Shown here piece after piece: positions 8,913 through 17,254 of a DNA stretch of 64,000 nucleotides (position 1 is its first letter; each line of letters starts with the position of its first letter). The translations under genes and the position numbers were made by a program. The stretch spans positions 64,001-128,000 of IMG/VR virus record IMGVR_UViG_3300043395_000996; one strand, given 5' to 3'. The DNA is from a virus. Under the pieces are notes generated by a model, which ran no database searches, had not been told where the DNA came from, and saw only the letters and a list, made by a program, of their open reading frames with translations.

Positions 8913-9926
8913 TTAAAATATATCATCCCAATTTTCACCTTCTCCCGCCTTCGAATAATCCGTAGGTCTTAATGCAAAGAAGTCGGTATGTGTTACACCC
9001 CCTGTAAGATGATAGAACCAATCCAATTCGGATGCTTTCTTTTCATCAAATTCAAAAAAGTCATCTCCACCAGCCATTGGATTGTATCCCAATTCAGCTA
9101 ATTTTTCATTAACTCTCTTTGTAATAAATTCTTTCAAATCAGCTGCTTTAAGATTTTCTAAATCTCCCATTTCAAATATCTTATCAATGAATTTATGTTC
9201 TAAATCGATAATGATTTTAGCTGCTTTGTAGATATCTTCTTTAGCTTCCTCCAATAATTCGGGAAACTCTTCACACATATGTCTGAATAATTGGCAACCC
9301 ATTTTAGAATGTAGTGATTCATCTCTTACACTCCACTTCATTTGTTGTCCAATACCTTTTAATAGATTTCTCATTTGGAATGAGTAAAGAACTGCAAATG
9401 AAGAATAAAGTGCTACACCTTCTGCAAATGCCGAAAAGATAGCGAGTGAACGAGCAACCTCAATTCTAGCTTTTGGATTTGTATCCAAATCTTTTGGAGT
9501 CCAATCAGCCGTTGTGTTTGTTAATAATTCAAATCTCTCCTTCATTGCTTCATCGTGTAAGAATCCTTCAAAGTCATCTAAACCCAATGTTTCATTTAAG
9601 TAAGAGTATGCTATGGAATGAATTGTTTCCTGCGAACCAAACGCCATAGCCATTTGTCTAATCTCATGCTTTGGAAACCATTTAGTAACCATACCGGTCC
9701 AATAATCTGAAACGGCGCATTCGGTTTGAGCAAATCCTAATAAGATGTTACCTACTAAATGTTTTTCGGATTCAGAAAGGTTTTCATTCCAATCTTTCAC
9801 ATCCATCTGCATTGGAATTTCAGTATGTAACCAAAATGCTTGCATTTGCTTTAACCATCCTTCCGTATAGTATTCTGGGTATTCAAACGGCTTAAATGGT
9901 ATCCTTTCCGTAAATAATTTGCTCAT
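8913..9926 (-). CDS. nrdB: Ribonucleotide reductase class Ia beta subunit
   Basis: FWLHTEI, ETIHSIAY (iron ligands and radical Tyr), EGVALYSSF, RDESLH and TDFFA. Confidence 0.95.
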   Translation of the reverse strand: MSKLFTERIPFKPFEYPEYYTEGWLKQMQAFWLHTEIPMQMDVKDWNENLSESEKHLVGNILLGFAQTECAVSDYWTGMVTKWFPKHEIRQMAMAFGSQETIHSIAYSYLNETLGLDDFEGFLHDEAMKERFELLTNTTADWTPKDLDTNPKARIEVARSLAIFSAFAEGVALYSSFAVLYSFQMRNLLKGIGQQMKWSVRDESLHSKMGCQLFRHMCEEFPELLEEAKEDIYKAAKIIIDLEHKFIDKIFEMGDLENLKAADLKEFITKRVNEKLAELGYNPMAGGDDFFEFDEKKASELDWFYHLTGGVTHTDFFALRPTDYSKAGEGENWDDIF

Positions 9927-10024
9927 CTTATGTTTTTGTTTTGTTAGAGTTGTAGGTATAACTATATTCTCAAAATTAAAATTTTCCCTTTTCTTTAGAA
10001 AATTTTATATGAAAATTTGTCAGT

Positions 10025-11383
10025 TTATCCCATGTTCTCAACATACTTTTTATGTAATAATTTTTTCTCTAAACTTTCTCCATTTTTAGATTCTTTTTGT
10101 GCAATTATACCATCTGCCGATGTTGCTGCGAACACATCCATTATGCCGTGGAAAGTATCAATCTTTGCCGGAAAAGTCATTCCATCAGGTCCAAATCGAT
10201 TCTTAACGATGTGAATACGACCTGTGTTTGATAACTTATCTTTTGTTTTTCTACTAACACTCATAATGAAGTCAGCGGTTTGCACTTTCTTATATGAATC
10301 TCCTACCGAATCCGCTTGGATAACTTCGTGGTCGATTGCTGAACGATTGGTTTGAGTTGCTGTCCAAATTGGAATACCCGTTTCACCACTCAATCCTCTC
10401 AATTCCTCATAGATACCACCTAATTCGGCGTATAATCCATCTCTATTACTATTACCACTTTTTAACAAATCGGCATAATCTATGATAATTAAATCGGGAC
10501 TATATCCCATTGTTTTTAATTTCTCAATATGAGCCGAAAGTGTTTTCGCAGATGCGAATTGTGGTGGATAGTACTTAATACGAACTCTACCTGGAGTGTT
10601 TTTGATTTTACGAATAATCTCTTCCTTCTTCTCTTTATGTTCTGAAGTTTGGATTCCCGTAAGAATTGTGGTATATCTCTGTCCTACATAACTTTCAGAT
10701 AATTCCAAAGTATAATGTAAAACATTCATACCTTTTTGAACTGCCGAACAAGCAATCTTTGATAAGAACCAACTCTTACCAATACCCGATGGCGCCATTA
10801 CAACACCCAATTCACCTGGTCCCAATCCACCATCCATTAATTCATCGATAACCTCCCATCCCGTTGAAACTGAATTACGTTTTACCTCCTCCATAATGGA
10901 TTCAAATTCGGTAATATAATCCAATCCCAAATCATTTTCAACACCAACTTTAGATGCAGCGGTCATTGTATCTATGATTTTATCATATTGACCTGCTTTC
11001 AGTAATTCTACTGATTTTAAAAGTGCATCTTTTACTTTTTGGTTTTTGGCAAATGTGAGATATTCTTTCTTAACGTATTGTAAATCTTCTGAACCAACTT
11101 GTAAATATACATTCTTTAATTGCTCAACAGCGGTTTGTTTGAGAATTTTATCCTCAATATCTCCAACTTTAATTTTAAACACTTCCATTGTAGGAACTGT
11201 TCTATATTCGTTGAAGTAGGACAATACTTCTCCAACAATCCATTTGTTAGCTTCGGATTCAAAGAATGTTGGTTTTGTAATTTCGTTTACCTGTTCTAAA
11301 AACTTAACATCTGTGATAAGGGAAGCAACTACTTTGGATTGATACGATTGACCATATTTGGTTAGTGTATCTACTGCTTCCAT
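10025..11383 (-). CDS. Replicative SF4 helicase (DnaB / T4 gp41-like)
   Basis: APSGIGKS Walker A, IIIDYADLL Walker B, TATQTNR and KNRFG. Confidence 0.92.
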   Translation of the reverse strand: MEAVDTLTKYGQSYQSKVVASLITDVKFLEQVNEITKPTFFESEANKWIVGEVLSYFNEYRTVPTMEVFKIKVGDIEDKILKQTAVEQLKNVYLQVGSEDLQYVKKEYLTFAKNQKVKDALLKSVELLKAGQYDKIIDTMTAASKVGVENDLGLDYITEFESIMEEVKRNSVSTGWEVIDELMDGGLGPGELGVVMAPSGIGKSWFLSKIACSAVQKGMNVLHYTLELSESYVGQRYTTILTGIQTSEHKEKKEEIIRKIKNTPGRVRIKYYPPQFASAKTLSAHIEKLKTMGYSPDLIIIDYADLLKSGNSNRDGLYAELGGIYEELRGLSGETGIPIWTATQTNRSAIDHEVIQADSVGDSYKKVQTADFIMSVSRKTKDKLSNTGRIHIVKNRFGPDGMTFPAKIDTFHGIMDVFAATSADGIIAQKESKNGESLEKKLLHKKYVENMG

Positions 11384-11619
11384 TATGCTTTAGCTTTTTT
11401 CTTTTTTGATTTTTTTTCTATTTGGTCGGTAGCTTGGTCGGCTACTTGGTCGGTAACTTGTACGGTCTTTGGTTTGCGAGTTGCAAGTTTCCATTCTGAT
11501 TTTGGAATAAATTTCCAATAACCACCTTTTACTCTTTCTTCTGCATCGATATCCGATACTCTACGGATTTCATCTAATTCGTAACCCTTTGCTACTTTAA
11601 TACATTTAATACACTTCAT
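11383..11619 (-). CDS. Hypothetical protein
   Basis: Coding-strand ORF translationally coupled to the helicase gene. Confidence 0.6.
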   Translation of the reverse strand: MKCIKCIKVAKGYELDEIRRVSDIDAEERVKGGYWKFIPKSEWKLATRKPKTVQVTDQVADQATDQIEKKSKKKKAKA

Positions 11620-11646
11620 ACTTTTTGTCCATGTTTAATTTAAAAA

Positions 11647-11955
11647 TTATTTTACTATCATTAAGATTTCTGATTCTCTTAATAGGATATATTTGTTACC
11701 ACCAATTTTGATTTCTATACCCTGATGGTATGGTGGTAAAATTACTTCATCTCCAACTTCTACATTCATTGGAATTAAAGTTCCACTTTGTGTGTAGATA
11801 CCAGGTCCTACCGATTCTACTTTTGCTCGTTTTACATCTTCAGATTTTGCTGAATCGGGAATGATGATTCCACCAGCGGTTGTTGATTCTTTTTCTGAAT
11901 CTAATTCTGTTAGAAGAACTCTATCTCCTAATGGTTTTGCTAATCTTTCTGCCAT
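11647..11955 (-). CDS. groES: Co-chaperonin GroES (Cpn10)
   Basis: KPLGDRVL...TTAGGIIIPDSAK...VGPG...VEVGDEV...LRESEILMIV. Confidence 0.95.
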   Translation of the reverse strand: MAERLAKPLGDRVLLTELDSEKESTTAGGIIIPDSAKSEDVKRAKVESVGPGIYTQSGTLIPMNVEVGDEVILPPYHQGIEIKIGGNKYILLRESEILMIVK

Positions 11956-11979
11956 AACTTATTTATTATTTTAATTTTA

Positions 11980-12011
11980 CAAATATACTATTTTTTTTAT
12001 TATTTAACAAA
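11980..12011 (-). promoter_or_regulatory. Bacteroidetes promoter, TTTG-N20-TATATTTG, upstream of groES
   Basis: caaatata at 11980-11987 and caaa at 12008-12011. Confidence 0.8.
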
Positions 12012-12833
12012 TTAATTAAAATATTTTGAATTATTTTTTACAATATATTCATATATTTTTTTATCTGCATTTTTACTCCAATGAAAATCTCCTTCAATCC
12101 CGTCCTCTCCATTCGATTTAAGAAACAATGCGTGCAATGTCTCCAATTCGCCCATATTTTTTTCTAATTCACTTCTACCTATTATATTACTATCATTTCC
12201 CAATGTATCAAAATCATAAGACCAACTTAAAAATAGTGTCTTAAATTTAAATGCTTTTGAAAAAGAATAAAATTGCTTATTGTAATTATCCAAAATGGGT
12301 TTAGAAGTATTTATAATTGTAGATAATTGATTATAGCTAAATTTAGATGAATTATTTAAAAAATAGTTAAGTTCAAATTCATTATAATACGTTTCTCTAT
12401 CAAATTCATTTTCATATAAATCTTCTATTAGGGTATCAGGTATAACGTTCAATGGATGTATTAAATCTTTTTTAATATTTGAATGATAATTTGAATTTGC
12501 ATGATATGCTATAAAAGAATCTTCAACGGATTCATTTAATTTATCCATTTTGAGATTTTCTCCGAAATCTAAACAAATTTTAGGATTTGTAATTGGATAT
12601 CTTACTCTAGCTGTTGTTGGTAGCATCAATATAACCAAATCATCATCAGCAATTATATGTAAGCATTTTAAATAAATTTCAATTATTGTTTGAATATCTC
12701 TACCACCTCTAGTACTAATGATTAAATCTTTACCAACAAATCGTTCTTTTAATAGATATTGCCAAGAAAGCTTACCATTTCTCATAGCAGCAAAACTATC
12801 GCCAATTATCCATAATTTTTGATTTGTTTTCAT
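12012..12833 (-). CDS. SGNH/GDSL hydrolase-like protein
   Basis: N-terminal LWIIGDSF (block I) and C-terminal GDFHW (catalytic His block). Confidence 0.5.
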   Translation of the reverse strand: MKTNQKLWIIGDSFAAMRNGKLSWQYLLKERFVGKDLIISTRGGRDIQTIIEIYLKCLHIIADDDLVILMLPTTARVRYPITNPKICLDFGENLKMDKLNESVEDSFIAYHANSNYHSNIKKDLIHPLNVIPDTLIEDLYENEFDRETYYNEFELNYFLNNSSKFSYNQLSTIINTSKPILDNYNKQFYSFSKAFKFKTLFLSWSYDFDTLGNDSNIIGRSELEKNMGELETLHALFLKSNGEDGIEGDFHWSKNADKKIYEYIVKNNSKYFN

Positions 12834-13886
12834 TTAAAATTTTGATAAATGTGAAAATGTTGATTGTAACCAATCTAATACATTGGGAAAAGAATCCAAA
12901 ACACGATGCTTTAATCCTAATTTAAGAAATTCTTGCTTTTCAAATTTAGTGATTGGTTCATCGTATCTATCCATAATTTTCATTTTAAGATTCCCGCTGA
13001 ATTGTGGTTCTGATAATTGCATTAATTTACGATTTCTTTCACATATTTCCAAATTATTTAAAAACAATTCATGTGCTTTTACTTTTTTATCCAAAGTATT
13101 TATATAATCAACCATAGTTTCGGTTGTTTGTATAGTTTCTTCAGTAAGAAGTGGAAATGCTTTTATAATTGTCTTAGCTCCTAATCCGATAATACCTTCG
13201 ATGTTATCCGATTTATCACCATCAATCATTCTGAAATTAATAAAATTGTGTGGATGAAATCCATACTCTTCTTTAACTTCATCAATGTTATAAACTTTCT
13301 TTTTTGTTGGCGAATAAACTGATACATCTTTGTTTACCAATTGTAAGAAATCTTTATCGGAACTCATAATAATAACTTTCTCATCTTCTTTTCGAAGTTG
13401 AGTTGCTACATATCCAATAACATCATCAGCCTCAATACCATCGTAAACCATTAGGGTTACAGGTAGGGCTGTTAATAGTTCGGCTAATCCAACCATCTGC
13501 CTTCTCATAGAGATTTGCTCATCTTCGGGATTCATATCCACAGTGATGGCACGATTTAGGCGGATTTTGTTTTTAGCTCTATCGGCTTTATAACCTCCGT
13601 AAATTTTCTTTCTGCTATCTGAACCACCCTTACCATCGAATACAATGATACAACGGGTTGGATTTAAGGTACGGATGGCGTAGCCGATACTCTTTAGAGT
13701 ACCGACTATTCCTCCAATATGGTCACCATTATCGTTTAAATTTGGTGCAGTTGACCAAGAACGTATGAAGGTATTAAGACCATCAATAATTAAGGTTTTC
13801 GAATTTTTTTGTAAATCACCGAATCCTTTATGTTCTTCATCTATTTGTTTTAGTATATCTAAATACTTCTTATTAATCTGACTCAT
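12834..13886 (-). CDS. 5'-3' exonuclease / T4 RNase H-like flap endonuclease
   Basis: LIIDGLN, VFDG, EADDVI, SSDKDFLQL and GDKSDNIEGIIGLGAKT (H3TH motif). Confidence 0.92.
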   Translation of the reverse strand: MSQINKKYLDILKQIDEEHKGFGDLQKNSKTLIIDGLNTFIRSWSTAPNLNDNGDHIGGIVGTLKSIGYAIRTLNPTRCIIVFDGKGGSDSRKKIYGGYKADRAKNKIRLNRAITVDMNPEDEQISMRRQMVGLAELLTALPVTLMVYDGIEADDVIGYVATQLRKEDEKVIIMSSDKDFLQLVNKDVSVYSPTKKKVYNIDEVKEEYGFHPHNFINFRMIDGDKSDNIEGIIGLGAKTIIKAFPLLTEETIQTTETMVDYINTLDKKVKAHELFLNNLEICERNRKLMQLSEPQFSGNLKMKIMDRYDEPITKFEKQEFLKLGLKHRVLDSFPNVLDWLQSTFSHLSKF

Positions 13887-14982
13887 TGGCTACATCCGTT
13901 GTTTCATCAACTTCCTCTGCTGCGGAACTTTTATATTGTAAAATACAAACCTCACATATCTTACGATAAATTTGGTCTTTTAACTCTTCGTTTTTATCAA
14001 GGATATCTGGGAAATCCTTTGATTGGAATTTGATAATTTCACCGGTATCGGTATCGGTATATTCATACCAAGCACCACCTTGCTTTACCAATTTGTTATC
14101 TTTCATTACTCCCAACCAACTTCCGTAATTATCGATACCTCTATCAAAGAAGATATTGAAATCCGCGTGTCTTAATGGTGGTCCTAAACGATTTTTGATA
14201 ACCTGTGCTCTTACTTTGATACCAACAATCTTATCACCTACTTTAAGTTGTCCCATAGATTTTAAACGGAATCTAACAGAAGCATGGAATGCCAATGCTT
14301 TACCGCCTGATGTTGTCCAAGGGTCACTAAATGCCATTGCGTTCATTTTCTGACGAAGTTGGTTAGTAAACACTAAACAAATGTTTTGTCTACCAATCAT
14401 ATTCGTAATCTTTCTCATTGCTTTGGAGATGATGATTGCTTTATCAGTTGCGTAACCATCTTTATCGTAATCAGCTTCTAATTCCTTCTTTGTAGATGCA
14501 GCTGCTACTGAATCCACTACGATGGTTACCAATCGATTTTTATCACCTGTTCGAACTTTCTCAATGATTGTTTCACACGCTTCAAAAATACCTTCAACCG
14601 TATCTACTGATACATAAAGTAATTTCGAAATATCAACACCAATTGCTTCCAAAAACTCCCTATTAACGGCGGTTTCGGTATCAATTAGAACTGCTACTCC
14701 ATTTTTCTTTTGTGTTTCAGCTAACAGATGGGCAGAGAGCAGAGATTTTCCACTCTGCTCTAAACCCGTAATCTCTGCTATACGGCCAACTGGCAAACCA
14801 CCATAAGGTCTATTAGAAACTGCTACATCCAAAAGAGCGTTACCCGTAGATACCCAATCTTTTACGTTAGTGGGAGCATCGCCTCCACCATCCGTAAGGA
14901 AGTATGCAATCCTACCATCCTTATTTTGTTTGTTTAACGATTCGGCGAGAACACTCGCTAAATCTTCTTGTACTTTGGCCAT
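13873..14982 (-). CDS. recA: RecA/UvsX recombinase
   Basis: GGLPVGRIAEITGLEQSGKS, IVVDSVAA, FTNQLR, TSGGKALAFHASVR and KNRLGPP. Confidence 0.95.
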   Translation of the reverse strand: MAKVQEDLASVLAESLNKQNKDGRIAYFLTDGGGDAPTNVKDWVSTGNALLDVAVSNRPYGGLPVGRIAEITGLEQSGKSLLSAHLLAETQKKNGVAVLIDTETAVNREFLEAIGVDISKLLYVSVDTVEGIFEACETIIEKVRTGDKNRLVTIVVDSVAAASTKKELEADYDKDGYATDKAIIISKAMRKITNMIGRQNICLVFTNQLRQKMNAMAFSDPWTTSGGKALAFHASVRFRLKSMGQLKVGDKIVGIKVRAQVIKNRLGPPLRHADFNIFFDRGIDNYGSWLGVMKDNKLVKQGGAWYEYTDTDTGEIIKFQSKDFPDILDKNEELKDQIYRKICEVCILQYKSSAAEEVDETTDVANESD

Positions 14983-14994
14983 AATTGTAACCTA

Positions 14995-15849
14995 TTAATT
15001 GTTAAATAAATCATCAAATGCTGATGCTACATCATCCTTTTGTGCGGGTGCTTTTGGTGCCGCAGGTTCTGCTGGCGTTTCCCAAGGTAAATCACCGATT
15101 TCCGATGTTCCACCTAAATCAGCTGAAACGGATGATTGTTTAGCTGCTGGTTTCGGTGCTTCTAATTCTTCAACAACTTCATCAGCGCCCGTAGTTGATG
15201 AACCTGGATTCAACCAATTTTCTAATACACCCTTTAATTCTGAATAAGATAATTCTGAATATAATTCGGTAATGTTCTTTTGGTTTTCCAATAAAGTTTC
15301 AATTTGAGTAGCATCTTCAGCCAATTTAGATTGAGATGGCTTTACTCTAATAGTAGTTGTTGGATAAGCTGCGTTTGAATCTTCAGCTGAAGTGATTTCT
15401 ACAACGATATCTCTACCACTCATTGGGTCGGTAATATCTCCGTAATCCGGGTCAGCAATGTATCCCAAAATGTCTTGGTAAACAGTCTTACCAAATCCCC
15501 AAAATTTAACACCTTCATTCTCTTTACCTCTTACGATAACTGGTACGAAAGTTCTCAACTTTGGCTCCATCTTCTTACCTGCTTTCCAATCATCAGTATC
15601 GCCTGTACGTTTTAATTTTTCAGCGAATTCAACAATTGGGTCAGGTCTGCCAAATGAAGCAGGACTCAAATAAGTTTTGTTGTTAATGTTGTAGTGAAAG
15701 AATAATTCAATGAAAGGAATATCTTTATTGAATTTGTAGGGAACTAATCTGATTTGATGTTTTCCCGGTGTTGGCTTCCAAAGTGAATCTGATTTTTTGG
15801 AAGTGTTTTGTAACGAGTTGAATCTCGATAGGGCAAGTTTAATGTCCAT
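14995..15849 (-). CDS. Single-stranded DNA-binding protein (T4 gp32-like)
   Basis: LWKP...IRLVP...PDPI...VKFWGFGKTV...DITDPMSGRD core with an acidic tail (AFDDLFNN); lies next to recA. Confidence 0.8.
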   Translation of the reverse strand: MDIKLALSRFNSLQNTSKKSDSLWKPTPGKHQIRLVPYKFNKDIPFIELFFHYNINNKTYLSPASFGRPDPIVEFAEKLKRTGDTDDWKAGKKMEPKLRTFVPVIVRGKENEGVKFWGFGKTVYQDILGYIADPDYGDITDPMSGRDIVVEITSAEDSNAAYPTTTIRVKPSQSKLAEDATQIETLLENQKNITELYSELSYSELKGVLENWLNPGSSTTGADEVVEELEAPKPAAKQSSVSADLGGTSEIGDLPWETPAEPAAPKAPAQKDDVASAFDDLFNN

Positions 15850-15946
15850 TTTTTTACGTTTTAAAGTTAATAATTAAGTTTAATGTTTAAGGTTTTATCG
15901 CGATATCCTATATATCTAAATATAACCTTTTTGCATTTTTGTTTCA

Positions 15947-15978
15947 CAAATATAACACTTTTTTTCTGATTTTCCAAA
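15947..15978 (-). promoter_or_regulatory. Bacteroidetes promoter, TTTG-N20-TATATTTG, upstream of ssb
   Basis: caaatata at 15947-15954 and caaa at 15975-15978. Confidence 0.8.
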
Positions 15979-16422
15979 TTATTTTTCAAAGTATTTTACT
16001 TCAATTCCAGCCTCTTCAAACATCTTAATAGAACGTTCTGCTGAGTCTTTCCAAATTTGATTCCAGGGTTTGTTACTTTTAGAAAATACTACCTTTTTGA
16101 TACCGGCATTTATGATACCTCTAGCACAATCTGCACAACTGATATCACACGTCATATACATTGTAGTTCCTAATGTTGATACTCCGATTCGTGCGGCATT
16201 ATAGATAGCATTTCTTTCAGCGTGTTCAAACCAATAATATTTTTCGGGTCTTTCTTGTCTTTGTTGGATATCATCGTTGATACCTCTCGGAAATGAATTA
16301 TAGCCTGTGGATACTATCTCATTGTTTTCGCCAACTATCACAACACCAATTTGAGTTTTTTGGTCTTTTGATTTTAGTTTAACTTGCTGAGCTATGTTAA
16401 TAAAATATTCTTCCCAATTCAT
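15979..16422 (-). CDS. dCMP deaminase
   Basis: STGYNSFPRG, HAERNAI and SCADC zinc-binding motifs. Confidence 0.9.
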   Translation of the reverse strand: MNWEEYFINIAQQVKLKSKDQKTQIGVVIVGENNEIVSTGYNSFPRGINDDIQQRQERPEKYYWFEHAERNAIYNAARIGVSTLGTTMYMTCDISCADCARGIINAGIKKVVFSKSNKPWNQIWKDSAERSIKMFEEAGIEVKYFEK

Positions 16423-16775
16423 TACTTAGCCCATTTACCTCTTTGAACGATTTGTGCAATTACACCATATACTGATAAATCTTCGTAAGTATCTTGTATA
16501 GATTCGCCAACCTCATCAGGTTGTCCTAATACAACCAATTGTTTTAATCGTTGTACTTTATCATTGATTCTAAACCAAAGTCCTGTCAATGATAATTTAA
16601 CATCATCTTTTGTTTCTAACGAAGTTCCTACGGAAATGTTACCAGGTCCATAGTTCCTTTGCTTTTTACAAAAGGTAACATACATTTCATCTAAAATGTT
16701 TTTGAATTCTTGAGTCGTTTCTGGATAAACTCTTTCGCAATACGCAATCGCACTTTCTTCTTTAATTTCTGTCAT
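16422..16775 (-). CDS. DUF1599 / nucleotide-modification-associated domain 1 (Nmad1)-like protein
   Basis: KKQRNYG...RINDKVQRL...ESIQDTYEDLSVYGVIA all-alpha pattern. Confidence 0.65.
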   Translation of the reverse strand: MTEIKEESAIAYCERVYPETTQEFKNILDEMYVTFCKKQRNYGPGNISVGTSLETKDDVKLSLTGLWFRINDKVQRLKQLVVLGQPDEVGESIQDTYEDLSVYGVIAQIVQRGKWAK

Positions 16776-16802
16776 AATTTATTTTTGATATAATTGTTTA
16801 CA

Positions 16803-16834
16803 CAAATATAAGAAAAATAAATTAAAAATCCAAA
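16803..16834 (-). promoter_or_regulatory. Bacteroidetes promoter, TTTG-N20-TATATTTG
   Basis: caaatata at 16803-16810 and caaa at 16831-16834. Confidence 0.8.
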
Positions 16835-17251
16835 TTAAAACGTATCAATATTTAATTCGGATAAATTAAAACTTTTAAAAACTTTTGTAGGGATTTTTTT
16901 GTATCCGTAATTGGATGTAGTCAATATACAATTTCTGAATTCTTCCCAATCAATCATAAAAGAATTATCTAGCATTCCGCCAGTCTTTGATTTAACAACT
17001 TCATTTAAAGCGTTAATTGTGTATATCGTATTTGATTGCTTCTTTCTATGAACCAATATAGTTTTCCATTGAGAATCTATTGGGGCAGAACCCTTTTCGA
17101 CATTAAAAGTTATAAACAAATCGGTTTCGTTTGCTTTACTTTCTAACACAAATATGTTAGGATTTATCAATGTGTATTTTTTTACAATAAAATCTAAAGA
17201 TATCTCTAATTCGTTTTTATATGTAAATAAACATAAAAGTTGTGTGTTCAT
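16835..17251 (-). CDS. Hypothetical protein
   Basis: Coding-strand ORF with LLCLFT...ILVHRKKQSNTIYTINALN. Confidence 0.7.
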   Translation of the reverse strand: MNTQLLCLFTYKNELEISLDFIVKKYTLINPNIFVLESKANETDLFITFNVEKGSAPIDSQWKTILVHRKKQSNTIYTINALNEVVKSKTGGMLDNSFMIDWEEFRNCILTTSNYGYKKIPTKVFKSFNLSELNIDTF

Positions 17252-17254
17252 TTC

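Noticed and set aside
7121-14982. Introns or inteins in nrdA, nrdB, helicase or recA
   Set aside because: All are continuous and of normal length, with no Hint or homing-endonuclease inserts.
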